A stretch of 64,000 nucleotides of DNA from Candidatus Latescibacterota bacterium (GTDB lineage: Bacteria; Latescibacterota; UBA2968; GCA-2709665). Made by a program: the position numbers and the translations under genes. The notes under the pieces were generated by a model, which had not been told where the DNA came from, did no database searches, and worked only from the letters and a program-made list of their open reading frames with translations. The stretch is taken from positions 2,240,001 to 2,304,000 of the forward strand of contig OZ252100.1 of assembly GCA_965248435.1 (NCBI GenBank), given 5' to 3'. This document shows, piece after piece, positions 9,038 through 18,461 of this stretch (positions are counted from its first letter, which is position 1; each line of letters begins with the position of its first letter).

Positions 9038-9331
9038 TTATACGTCCAGCGCCACCACCTGCCGGTCGATGTCATCCGCGGTCAAGACGCCCTTCTCGAT
9101 CATCAGCTTCTCAAGGCCCACGATCCAGCGCTCGTAGTAGTCAAGCGCTTCATACTTCGCCGGCTCGATACCCTCCATCGCGCGACGAAGTTCATCCATG
9201 GTGATCATATTCTTGCGTATCGACAACACCACCAGCGCATCGGTCTGCTTCTCCCACATCGCATAGTCGTGTTCCGATCTGTCGATCGGCCCGGCATCGG
9301 GCCAACCACCTCGGTCGTGTACTCGCTGCAC
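9038..9331 (-). CDS. Nitrile hydratase beta N-terminal half (ScnB-like)
   Basis: VHDRGG, WEK, DELRRAME, YYERW, LMIEKGVLT; own stop 3 bp before the next ATG. Confidence 0.88.
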   Translation of the reverse strand: MQRVHDRGGWPDAGPIDRSEHDYAMWEKQTDALVVLSIRKNMITMDELRRAMEGIEPAKYEALDYYERWIVGLEKLMIEKGVLTADDIDRQVVALDV

Positions 9332-9359
9332 GTCTTACTCCAAGTTACCACGGTTTCCG

Positions 9360-9525
9360 TTGTCATTCCGAGCGTCAGCGAGGAATCTCAACAGTTGATT
9401 TCAGCACAACATACCTCGAGAAACGGTTCGGTGAATAACTCTCTCTTGAGATTCCTCGTCGCTGTGTTTGTTGGCGTTCACCTCAAAGCGTGATTTGATT
9501 TTCGAGGGGCTCCTCGGAATGACAA
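9360..9525. repeat. Palindromic REP/MITE-like element
   Basis: 13-bp terminal inverted repeats ttgtcattccgag ... ctcggaatgacaa plus inner cgaggaatctcaa/ttgagattcctcg. Confidence 0.75.
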
Positions 9526-9577
9526 ACTTGGCGATACGGTGAACGATGCCCTTCAATCCGCAATCCCAAATCCGCAA

Positions 9578-11131
9578 TTATGCGACTTGCTTCGACGCTT
9601 CTTCTGCCTTGAGATAGGCGTGAGGATCGTGATACAGCCCCCCATCCGGCAGCCATTCCCAGAACGGCCCCAGATCCCGCTTGATCCACTCCACGTAGAA
9701 GCTCGGAATCTCCGTCGTCTCGCCCTCCCAGTATCGCCTCACCTGCGGGTCGGTGTCCAGCAACCCGCGCATCTTCGTGTGGTGTTTGATCCTCCCGAAC
9801 CCTTCCGAAGAGACCGCGCGCAACACGTTCAGCCAGGGCAGCCATCTCGGCTCTGTGCCCTTCGCGGCCTGAAATCTCCGTCGGATCATGTCCCAGGAGA
9901 AGGAGTAAGTCGACAGGTCGACCAGACTGTCGTAAAACTCGGCCCAAGAATAGTTCAGCGGCCGCACGTTCATCACGTGGTTGTTGTTCATGAAATGGAA
10001 TGGGAACCCGAGTACACGCCCGGCCCTCATATACTCAAGGTTGATCTCAGCCGCCTGGCCGAACGCGGTGAGCAGCGAATAGGCTGGAAAGGCACCCGGG
10101 GCCGCATCCAGAAAGCGCTTCGTCAGCTCGAACGGTTCGGGACCTTCATCCACGTCCAGACCCATCACGAAATTCGTCTGTACGTATGGGATGTAGCTCA
10201 ACACCAGGTTGACGTGATCCGAAACCTTGAGGACCTTCTCCATCCCCTTCCTGCTTCCGGTCTTGGATTTGTTGCCCATGTCATACCAGGACTCGATCCC
10301 GGGCAGGATCGCCTTGAACCCGTTCCGTTTGAGCCGCTTCAAGTTGGGTTCCGAGAGAAGCGAAAGGCTGCTCTCCGCGAAGAAATCGATGCGGTCGGGC
10401 GGCACCACCTCCTCGATCGCATCCAGATAGTTGTCGAACTGAATCCCGAAATTGGGGTCGTGCCACCCCACGTGAGGGCGTTCGAATTTTTCAAGCAGGA
10501 ATCTCAGGTCTTCTTTGATCACATCGAAACTGAGCGGCTGATAAGGGATGGCCGCGTCGATACAGAAATTGCAGGTGTAGGGACACCCGAAACTGCCCAT
10601 CATCGCGACCGTTTTAATCAAAGGGGCCTTCTCGAGCACGATCTCGATGTACTTCCACCGCTCCTTCACCCCGGGAAGATGCGTCGGCTGTCCGTTCGCC
10701 GCGAGGTGAACGCCAAGCGGACGGTTTTCTGAGCAATCCTGCAGAACGTCCCGGATCAACTCCCGGTCTGTAAAGTCGAGCACATAGTCGAAGTACTTCT
10801 GCGCGTCTTGAGGATAGGAGCGCGCGTGCGGCCCGCCGAGTACCGTGACGGCGCCTTTCGAGCGCATGTAGTTGCTGATCGCATACGAAAGCTGCCCTGC
10901 CTGCGAAAATGCACCGACAAAGACCACGTCGGTATCATCGGGCAACTCCGCGAATAGATTCTCTTTGCCCGTGTAGCAGATGAAGTTGACGTCGTGCCCT
11001 TCCTGTTCGCACCAGAGCGCGATCACCTGCGGCATGATGCTCGCGGCGTTCGCGTTCATGATGCGCCCATACATTCTTGTCGTGGGCGCTTTGACGACCA
11101 GGTCGATGACTGTGACGTGTAGTTTTCTCAA
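9578..11131 (-). CDS. B12-binding-domain radical SAM protein
   Basis: TVLGGPHA cobalamin-domain motif; GCPYTCNFC; GIES; FVMGLDVD. Confidence 0.88.
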   Translation of the reverse strand: MRKLHVTVIDLVVKAPTTRMYGRIMNANAASIMPQVIALWCEQEGHDVNFICYTGKENLFAELPDDTDVVFVGAFSQAGQLSYAISNYMRSKGAVTVLGGPHARSYPQDAQKYFDYVLDFTDRELIRDVLQDCSENRPLGVHLAANGQPTHLPGVKERWKYIEIVLEKAPLIKTVAMMGSFGCPYTCNFCIDAAIPYQPLSFDVIKEDLRFLLEKFERPHVGWHDPNFGIQFDNYLDAIEEVVPPDRIDFFAESSLSLLSEPNLKRLKRNGFKAILPGIESWYDMGNKSKTGSRKGMEKVLKVSDHVNLVLSYIPYVQTNFVMGLDVDEGPEPFELTKRFLDAAPGAFPAYSLLTAFGQAAEINLEYMRAGRVLGFPFHFMNNNHVMNVRPLNYSWAEFYDSLVDLSTYSFSWDMIRRRFQAAKGTEPRWLPWLNVLRAVSSEGFGRIKHHTKMRGLLDTDPQVRRYWEGETTEIPSFYVEWIKRDLGPFWEWLPDGGLYHDPHAYLKAEEASKQVA

Positions 11132-11153
11132 CTCGTCCCCCGGGCAGACTTTC

Positions 11154-11729
11154 TCACTCAGGTAACTGCAAGTCTTTTGCCTTGATTATGAGATCTTCAA
11201 GAATGACCTCAAAACCCAATTCCCTTGACCACTTTTTCAAATACTCCATGTCTAGATTTTCCCACTGAACGACTGCTACACCAAGCGCGTCTCGGAATTG
11301 AAGCTCCGATTCACTTTCTTTCGACCATTCGAGCTTACTCAAGATGGCATCCTCTGGAGAGATGACCTTGACCCCAACGCCCAATATTTCTGCGTTTATC
11401 TGCCTCCTGAATTCCTCTCGGCTGAATTCACGATCTTTACGAATGATCAGATCCGCCTTCCAGCCTGTTTGGCGATCGATGACGTTGAACATCGTGCGAT
11501 TTCTGTAGGCATCCAGAGCAGCCTCTGGATCGATGTAATACTCTTGACTCAACGATCCAATGAACGTATGCAACTGCACTTCTGTAGGGGCGATGACCAA
11601 GTCTATGTCATTGGTCGCTCTCGGCTCTCCGTGCATGCTGCTTCCAAGCGACCCTGAAACCATATACTCCACATTGGCTTCTTCCAATTTCTGAATGAGC
11701 TTTGTAAAAAAGTCCTTTTGGCTCATCAA
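11154..11729 (-). CDS. Nucleotidyltransferase-fold protein
   Basis: GSLGSSMHGEPRATNDIDLV (GS...DxD), SPEDAILSKL; AT-richer than flanks. Confidence 0.8.
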   Translation of the reverse strand: MMSQKDFFTKLIQKLEEANVEYMVSGSLGSSMHGEPRATNDIDLVIAPTEVQLHTFIGSLSQEYYIDPEAALDAYRNRTMFNVIDRQTGWKADLIIRKDREFSREEFRRQINAEILGVGVKVISPEDAILSKLEWSKESESELQFRDALGVAVVQWENLDMEYLKKWSRELGFEVILEDLIIKAKDLQLPE

Positions 11730-11986
11730 GTTCTAAGCTCTAGCTCTGGATAAGATCGCAGGAATAATCTCTCCCCGATTGATGCACGAAGAGCGGCTAG
11801 CCTTACCATCTCAGCATCGTAGTCTGGATGGCGCTGTCTGATCCCTGATTCCACAATTGAACGAACTCCATCGCTTAGTTCGAAAGTCATATTCGCGCGT
11901 CCTTTGAGTCCGATCTTTCTTAGAATAGAGAATTGGACACGTGCAGCGTCTAACGTTGTGTCTCTTGGAACCACACCGGAACCCAT
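11726..11986 (-). CDS. Small hypothetical protein coupled to the NTase
   Basis: ATGA overlap; DTxxxA...GIRQRHPDY pattern of small NTase partners. Confidence 0.75.
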   Translation of the reverse strand: MGSGVVPRDTTLDAARVQFSILRKIGLKGRANMTFELSDGVRSIVESGIRQRHPDYDAEMVRLAALRASIGERLFLRSYPELELRT

Positions 11987-12034
11987 TGCTGTCCTCGAAG
12001 CCGTAAGCTTAACCTCGATTTAATAAGCCTATTC

Positions 12035-12700
12035 CTATGCAGGATTCGACTCGGGCAGACGGTGACGGTCCACCCAGTAGCCCCACAACACAACCAGCGT
12101 CAACCCAACGAATGCGGATACGGCCACGGCCATCACCGATGGAGGCGGTGGACCGAACGCGTTGCTCAGCCAGCCCAGGACGAGGAACGCGACCAGACCC
12201 CACAGCCCATATATCCCGATGCGGTCCTGCGACCGTGTTGAACGAAGATAGATCACGAGTCCCGCTGCGAATATCCCCAATTCTACGATGATCGTCGCCG
12301 CAATGGAATTCCAGAGCCCAAGGCCTACAACTGTTTCGGCCCCAGGAACCACTGGAAGATCGGGTCGATGGACGATCGCATCCAGGACCCAATGACTCAG
12401 GACGACGCCCCCGACGATCGCGGCGTTTCTCAAACTTCCTCTAATAATCCAGAACAGGACCAAGAGTCCAACGGCCCAGCCTAGGCAGCCCACCAGACTG
12501 TGGGTAATCGGATAATCGTAGAAATTGAGCGGTGTGAAGACGGTGTTTCCCGGATCGATCCTCACGTGCTCGAGCCCAAGAAGCAGAAAGACCGGCCAAA
12601 GCAGGTCTATCATCTGCGTCGCCAGGAAAAGTGTCCCGAGCGATGTGCTAGGAGAAATCTTCTTGGCGGCTAGAGCGACCCCGTAATGACCGACGAACAT
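12035..12700 (-). CDS. Membrane-bound metal-dependent hydrolase (YdjM-like)
   Basis: MFVGH, DLLWP, THSL, SHWVLDAIVH motifs; multiple TM helices. Confidence 0.82.
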   Translation of the reverse strand: MFVGHYGVALAAKKISPSTSLGTLFLATQMIDLLWPVFLLLGLEHVRIDPGNTVFTPLNFYDYPITHSLVGCLGWAVGLLVLFWIIRGSLRNAAIVGGVVLSHWVLDAIVHRPDLPVVPGAETVVGLGLWNSIAATIIVELGIFAAGLVIYLRSTRSQDRIGIYGLWGLVAFLVLGWLSNAFGPPPPSVMAVAVSAFVGLTLVVLWGYWVDRHRLPESNPA

Positions 12701-12799
12701 GGCCTCCGAAAATACGGCCGTTTCCGGGTGAATTCTAGTTCTTTTTGTGAGGGAAGAGGTTACCGATCCGATGTGGTGGGAGCCAATTCCTTAATCAGC

Positions 12800-12828
12800 T
12801 TGACTTGCGCTTACTAATCGGATATCAT
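12800..12828 (+). promoter_or_regulatory. sigma70 promoter of tRNA-Val
   Basis: TTGACT-17 bp-TATCAT. Confidence 0.75.
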
Positions 12829-12864
12829 TCGGACCGTAACTGGATGGAAAGTCAGGATATAGGT

Positions 12865-12941
12865 GGGCGATTAGCTCAGGTGGTTAGAGTGCTTGCTTGA
12901 CATGCAAGAGGTCACTGGTTCAAGTCCAGTATCGCCCACCA
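12865..12941 (+). tRNA. tRNA-Val(GAC)
   Basis: GGGCGAT/ATCGCCC acceptor stem, anticodon arm CTTGC-TTGACAT-GCAAG, GGTTCAAGTCC T-arm, encoded CCA. Confidence 0.98.
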
Positions 12942-12961
12942 TATGATTCTTCACAAACGAA

Positions 12962-13005
12962 GACGGACAGTAGCCTTTATTTGGCTATTGCCCGTTTTTA
13001 TTTTT
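12962..13005 (+). terminator. Intrinsic terminator after tRNA
   Basis: acggacagtagcc-tttattt-ggctattgcccgt followed by T tract. Confidence 0.65.
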
Positions 13006-13067
13006 CTTGACCGACACCAGCCGTCATCCGTGGGGAAGTGATTATGTTCCTATCGTACTGGCTTGAA

Positions 13068-15491
13068 TCAAATCTCAAATGCTTGCACGAACTCGAGAAA
13101 GTCCAGAAAGTCCACCTCGCCACCGCCATCTAGATCGTACTTTTGATCAAAATTCGGATCCTCTTGTTTCTTCCCAAAATTCAGCGCAAATTCAATGAAA
13201 TCGAAGAAATCCACCTTGCCACTGCCGTTGAAGTCAGCGGTCGGAGGCGCAGGGGCGGATGCTGGGATCTCTCCGAGCCAGACGCCCCCGCCGTGTGTGC
13301 CAACCAAAATCTGATCTGTGTTGTGGGGACTGATCACGCCCGAAAGGACAAAGGTGTGGCCCAGGTCTGTGTTGACCTGCTCCCAGGCATCCCCGGCGTC
13401 GGCGCTTCGATAGAATCCGGCGTCGAGACCGGAGACGAAGTTCCACCATGGCTGGGAGGCGGCATAGACAATCTCCGGATCTTCAGGATCAACGAGGACG
13501 AGACCAACCCGGGGTTGATCTAGGACGTTCTGCCAGGTCGTGCCCTCGTCGGTGGATCTGAACAGCCCCCCCTCCAAACTCCAGGAATGGTTATCGGTCG
13601 CCCCTACGTAGACACGACCGGATGGATCTACAGCGACTGAAAGGACGTCCAGTCCAGACGCGCCGTCGAGTTTAGTCCAGTTCTGACCTCCGTCTGTGGT
13701 CTTGTAAAGCCCCCCGGTACCTTCTCCCTGGAGAGAGTTTAACCCCGCGTACAATGTCTGCGACTCCGCAGGATGAAGCGAAAGGGACCAGACCTTTGAG
13801 GAGCCAGACCCCAGGCCGCTGCTGGCAGAGACCCAGCTTTCACCCCCATCACCGGTCTTGTATACACCCTGACCGTAGATCGCGACATAGAGAATCCTGG
13901 CGTTCGCAGGACTGGTCGTATCCAGTACCAGGATCGACCTGCCTGCCGGTAGATTCTCACCGAGGTCGGTCCACGTTACGCCCCGATCCGTGCTCTTTAA
14001 TAGACGCCCGATAGAATACTGTGGATCGAGATCGGCGTCGTTCTCGCCATTGTCTCTACTAATGTATAGGTCGTCGGTCTCTGGATCTACGACTATGGAG
14101 TTCACGCTATCGTATCCGCCCGGCTTCTGGGTCGGATCCAATCGCAAAAAGCTGCTTCCTCCGTCATCCGATCGCCACAGCCCCATGTCGTCGTACGCGA
14201 TGTAGATCACATCTGCATCTGTGGGGTGGAATGCCTGCGAAAAGCTTTCCATCAATTCGATGCCTCTACCCCTCCACCCGCTGCCGACCTTCTCGGTATA
14301 GACCTGCTGCCAGGTCTCCCCACCGTCGCTGGACCTGCGTAAGAAGTCCCCCCCCGCGATCAGGATCTCAGGATTGCTGGACGAGATTTCCAGGAGGCTG
14401 ATATTGCCTTCGTTCCACCAGGCGCTATCCATCCATCCATAGGTGATGTCGGTATCGACCTTGGTCCAGGTATTTCCGCCGTCCGTTGTCTTGTGAACGC
14501 CCCACAGATCACCCCAACCGCCCAGGTTGGTGGCGGCATACAGGATGGCCGGGTCGGTGGGATGCACCACATATTTCCAGTAGTCATAGGCCGGTGGAGG
14601 GTCTTCAGGATCTTCGTAGGGTACAGTCGGCAGATCCCCGTTGATGGAAGTCCAACTGCCACCGTTGTCCGTGCTTTTGTAGATGCCGCCCTGTAAGGAA
14701 GATGGGTTAGACGAGTCACCCTCAGTACTCAAAGACAGAAAGAGGGTGATCTGTCCCCCGGAGTTGCAGAGGGCCAACCGCCTGGCATTTGTGTGGGGTA
14801 GGCCTGTGTTGATTGGGGTCCAGGAACTGCCGTTATCCTGACTTCGTGAGAGACCGGTGTCGGTGCTGACAAAGAGCTGTCTGTTGTCTGCAGGGCTGGT
14901 CGGGTCGATAAGAATGCTGTGAACCACCGCTTCTTCGTCCATCCCAGTATCCAGGAGAGACCAGCTTGTGCCACCGTCCGTGCTGCGATAGAGAGCGCCC
15001 CTGCCGTCTGAGTTGGCATCCGCATCCCCCACCCCGGCATATACGTTGAGTGGATTATCGGGATCGACAGCAACGTAGGACACGGGGATGGGATCCTCGT
15101 CTTCGCTTCTTTCGGTAGGGAAGATCCACGTCCAGTTCTGGGCGCCATCCGTGCTTTTGAACAGCCCTGACCACGTGCCCGCATACAGGGTTTGGGTACT
15201 CGAGGGATCGATAATCAGTTCCTGAACAGCATACACCCCAGCCGGTCGATTGCCGCTGTTCATGCCCTGGTTTGCCGCCCCCCACGTGGCGCCACCGTCC
15301 GTGGACTTGTAGATACCCTCGATATCCCCTCCAACGTAGATAACGTCGGGATCTGCAGGGTCGATGGCAACGGACATGAGAAAGCTCCCTGCGCCCGGTC
15401 CTACAGTGCGCCAGGTCATCTGCGCGATTGCAGACGCCGGGGCCACGAGCAGGGAGAATCCAATCAGCCAGACGCAAAGCTTAGTGGACAT
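13068..15491 (-). CDS. Secreted BNR/Asp-box beta-propeller protein (VPS10/GH74-like) with C-terminal dockerin-like double EF-hand
   Basis: Signal peptide; many YKSTDGGxTW repeats; PASAPAPP linker; ADFNGSGKVDFFDF...YDLDGGGEVDFLDF. Confidence 0.88.
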   Translation of the reverse strand: MSTKLCVWLIGFSLLVAPASAIAQMTWRTVGPGAGSFLMSVAIDPADPDVIYVGGDIEGIYKSTDGGATWGAANQGMNSGNRPAGVYAVQELIIDPSSTQTLYAGTWSGLFKSTDGAQNWTWIFPTERSEDEDPIPVSYVAVDPDNPLNVYAGVGDADANSDGRGALYRSTDGGTSWSLLDTGMDEEAVVHSILIDPTSPADNRQLFVSTDTGLSRSQDNGSSWTPINTGLPHTNARRLALCNSGGQITLFLSLSTEGDSSNPSSLQGGIYKSTDNGGSWTSINGDLPTVPYEDPEDPPPAYDYWKYVVHPTDPAILYAATNLGGWGDLWGVHKTTDGGNTWTKVDTDITYGWMDSAWWNEGNISLLEISSSNPEILIAGGDFLRRSSDGGETWQQVYTEKVGSGWRGRGIELMESFSQAFHPTDADVIYIAYDDMGLWRSDDGGSSFLRLDPTQKPGGYDSVNSIVVDPETDDLYISRDNGENDADLDPQYSIGRLLKSTDRGVTWTDLGENLPAGRSILVLDTTSPANARILYVAIYGQGVYKTGDGGESWVSASSGLGSGSSKVWSLSLHPAESQTLYAGLNSLQGEGTGGLYKTTDGGQNWTKLDGASGLDVLSVAVDPSGRVYVGATDNHSWSLEGGLFRSTDEGTTWQNVLDQPRVGLVLVDPEDPEIVYAASQPWWNFVSGLDAGFYRSADAGDAWEQVNTDLGHTFVLSGVISPHNTDQILVGTHGGGVWLGEIPASAPAPPTADFNGSGKVDFFDFIEFALNFGKKQEDPNFDQKYDLDGGGEVDFLDFLEFVQAFEI

Positions 15492-15726
15492 TGGACCTCA
15501 TTTCTACGATGAATGAAAGATGATAAAAGGAAAGGCTCAAGGCCACAAAGCCGATTCTAGATCAGGAATCGGTCTGAAGACCGTTGAGCCCGACTTCAAC
15601 GGAACTGGAAGAAAGCAATTTACACGATAGACGATCCCCCGACAGGCCTCACCTCGCGAAATCTAGATCTGACTTTTGGCGATGTCAAGCTTGTTGATAG
15701 GTGGCCTGCACGTCCTCATTCCAATG

Positions 15727-16176
15727 TCAGTCGCGCGCCATATCCCCTTGGTCGTCACCAGGAGTGTCTCCCTCACTCACCTGGAGATCCATCTCACTCC
15801 GATTGCCCCGAATGTATCTGGAGATGTCGACTGCATCGAGGACGAGGGCGATGACATTCAGTATGATCAAAAGGCGGAGCCATATGCCGACAGCTTCCTG
15901 GGCCGGATAAACTTCCAGGCTCGGCCAGACGAAGAACAGCATCGGAATCCAGAAGATATGGGCCAGTCCCAGCAGACGCGTGAATCCAACCATCCCGGTC
16001 AGGATGATCATAAGCGCAAAGCTTGCCATAAACGCCCCGAGGACGATCTGGGCTTCGAGCATTTGGATGAAGAAAAGAGGCGCAATCATATTGAGCCCAA
16101 CGAGAGCGACCATATACAGCTGCACTCGAAGCGGAAGATGGAGGAACCCCTTATTGAACCTGATGAAGGCATTCAT
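15727..16176 (-). CDS. Hypothetical membrane protein
   Basis: About 4 TM helices, GFTRLLGLAHIFWIP motif, RBS GAGGGAAG. Confidence 0.7.
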   Translation of the reverse strand: MNAFIRFNKGFLHLPLRVQLYMVALVGLNMIAPLFFIQMLEAQIVLGAFMASFALMIILTGMVGFTRLLGLAHIFWIPMLFFVWPSLEVYPAQEAVGIWLRLLIILNVIALVLDAVDISRYIRGNRSEMDLQVSEGDTPGDDQGDMARD

Positions 16177-16318
16177 CTTAACTTCCCTCGCCGCCTAATT
16201 CACAGGCTGAACATATCGCGAAATTTCCTTGACATCTCCGTCCGGCTTGAAGAATAGTCATTCACCACTGTGGAGCCCATATCTAAATCTCCCCTCTCTT
16301 CCAGCATTCGCAGCATTG

Positions 16319-17395
16319 CTACTCTGCCGAGATGATCTCAAGCAAGGGGCGGTTGATGAAGAGATGATATTTTCCATAGAAGCGATCTTCCAGCAGGCCA
16401 GCTTCCGAAAGCTGCATTAGATAGCGGGTTGCCGTAGTATAGTGACACCCCACTTGAGCGGCTAGATTGACAGGGGTCACTATCGGATGCGAGAAGAGGT
16501 GATCTACGAGTCCCCTATTATAGATCTTCCGGTGCTCAGCCTTGATTCGCTCACTGTATTCTCGATACAGCCGCATGACTTTGAATAGGGTCACCTTGGT
16601 CTCCACAGATTGACTTTTGACCGCATCTAGAATAAACCTGATGTATGGCACCCATTGACTGTGAGTGGTAACGCCAAGGAGCAGACGGTAATAGTCGTCC
16701 TTTCTTACATTCACATACGCACTGAGGTAGAGTATTGGCATACTCAATAGCCCTGCCTGAACCAGGTGGAGGACCATGAGAATTCTTCCCGTACGGCCGT
16801 TCCCGTCAAGAAACGGGTGGATGGCCTCGAACTGATAGTGAGCTATTGCACACTTGATCAACGGATCGATCCCGTCCTCGTGATGAATGAACTGCTCCAA
16901 ATTCGCTAGCAGCCGGCCGATCTCGTTCGCCATTGGAGGGGTGTAAACGGCCGCTCCCGTTTTGCTGTTCTCAATACGATTCTGCGTCCTTCGGAATCCA
17001 TGACTCGCTTTGGGCAGCAGCTGCTTGTGGATACCCAGTATGAGACGACTTGAAATGGGGAGATTTTGCATCTGATCGTGGCCCCAGATGATTGCGTTTC
17101 GGTAGTTCAATACCTCCCTATCCGGCTCACGTTGTTCAAGCTCGGGGAAAAGTTGCTGTTGGAGAACCTGCTCGACTGTGGTGTTTATGTTTTCGATGCT
17201 GGAGCTATCCACGGACTCTCTGATGAGCGCGGGAGAAGTCAGGAGGAACGGGTTTGGTAAGGAGAAGGCATACCCCTTCAACTCCCCTAGCTCCGTGCGA
17301 GTTTTCAGTAGCAGATCAACATAGGCCTCACTACGAAAGTCGCCTTTAGGAGGCAGTTCTGGAAGGATATGTGGAATGGTCGCGTCAAATGACAT
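16319..17395 (-). CDS. Fic family protein (N-terminal inhibitory motif, C-terminal wHTH)
   Basis: HPFLDGNGRTGR catalytic motif; SSSIEN inhibitory motif. Confidence 0.93.
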   Translation of the reverse strand: MSFDATIPHILPELPPKGDFRSEAYVDLLLKTRTELGELKGYAFSLPNPFLLTSPALIRESVDSSSIENINTTVEQVLQQQLFPELEQREPDREVLNYRNAIIWGHDQMQNLPISSRLILGIHKQLLPKASHGFRRTQNRIENSKTGAAVYTPPMANEIGRLLANLEQFIHHEDGIDPLIKCAIAHYQFEAIHPFLDGNGRTGRILMVLHLVQAGLLSMPILYLSAYVNVRKDDYYRLLLGVTTHSQWVPYIRFILDAVKSQSVETKVTLFKVMRLYREYSERIKAEHRKIYNRGLVDHLFSHPIVTPVNLAAQVGCHYTTATRYLMQLSEAGLLEDRFYGKYHLFINRPLLEIISAE

Positions 17396-17564
17396 ATTAC
17401 ACCTAATATATCACAAAAATTGAAAAAATACAACATATGAGACGAAGCTCCAAAACATGTCCATCGTGTCCATTACGGGTGTCAGAGTCATAATCCTATG
17501 TTCTAGAGTCGGTTAGGGAAGTGTCGCATTGAGTGACATACGGCTATAGATATATCACAAAAAT
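17379..17564. promoter_or_regulatory. Duplicated operator-like motif upstream of fic
   Basis: GTCGC-N6-TGACATA-N9-ATATATCACAAAAAT at 17379-17420 (overlaps start codon) and 17523-17564. Confidence 0.55.
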
Positions 17565-17738
17565 ATGGAATTCTGCACATGATACCGTACGGGAACTACC
17601 GACAATCGGGGTGGGTTCAGGAGGTTCTTGAACTTAATTTATTGATATTTCATGGGTTTGTATGCGAATCTTTTCTAATGGCCGACATATTGCACGCCTC
17701 CGAGGCTTGTATTGAAAAACCGCCTCGGCCCACCTATT

Positions 17739-18422
17739 CTAGGAACAGCACGGCGAGGCGGGCTCTTCCTGCCCGCCTTCTTGCTTTTCCAGCAGCTTCT
17801 CGGCCCACCGTTTCCAGTCCGAGGAGATCTGAGGCGCCAAAAGGAGTCGTTCCGCCTCATCTCGGTCACGGGTGTAGATGCGGAAGACATCGCCGATCGA
17901 CAAGTCGTGATCGGGTCGCTCTATGACCTGGATTTCGTCACCGGCGCCCACGTCGCCCTCGACAGAAATCCTAAAGTAAGTGCCCGGACGCAACGCCTCG
18001 GTGAATCGGCGGGGGAACCGCTTGTCTTCCATCCGAGCCCCCAACCGCCAGCACGGGACGCGCGGCTCTGATACCTCGAGGATCGTGCTTCCGATCTCCC
18101 AGCGCTCCCCCACAAGCGCGTTGGTGACATCGATCCCTTCCGTCGTAAGGTTCTCTCCGAACTGGCCGAACTCCAGCTCGAGACCGAGTTCCTCCTCCCA
18201 CCACCGCGTGTCCTCGACGGCGTAGGCGTAAACGGCCTTGTCCGGCCCTCCGTGTGCATCGCGGTCCGCCTGGTCGTCTCCTTCCAGATTCACGCCCCGA
18301 GCAGCGACCCGACCCGTGACGGGCGACTTCCAGATGGCGCTTACAGCCGGACGGCCGTTGTAGTCGAACTCCCGGATGCCGCCCACATTCACCGAGAGAA
18401 CTGTTCCTTGACGGGACACCAT
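17739..18422 (-). CDS. MOSC domain protein (YiiM-like)
   Basis: GDDQAD..HGGPDKAV, FGENLT, PRVPCWRL, C-terminal 3-alpha domain. Confidence 0.9.
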   Translation of the reverse strand: MVSRQGTVLSVNVGGIREFDYNGRPAVSAIWKSPVTGRVAARGVNLEGDDQADRDAHGGPDKAVYAYAVEDTRWWEEELGLELEFGQFGENLTTEGIDVTNALVGERWEIGSTILEVSEPRVPCWRLGARMEDKRFPRRFTEALRPGTYFRISVEGDVGAGDEIQVIERPDHDLSIGDVFRIYTRDRDEAERLLLAPQISSDWKRWAEKLLEKQEGGQEEPASPCCS

Positions 18423-18461
18423 CTCACCTCCTTCTCTTTGTCAGCCTGCTTGCTTCCTTGA

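Noticed and set aside
12865-17600. tRNA-anchored genomic island or prophage
   Set aside because: No integrase, no phage genes, and I saw no duplicated tRNA 3' end in the window
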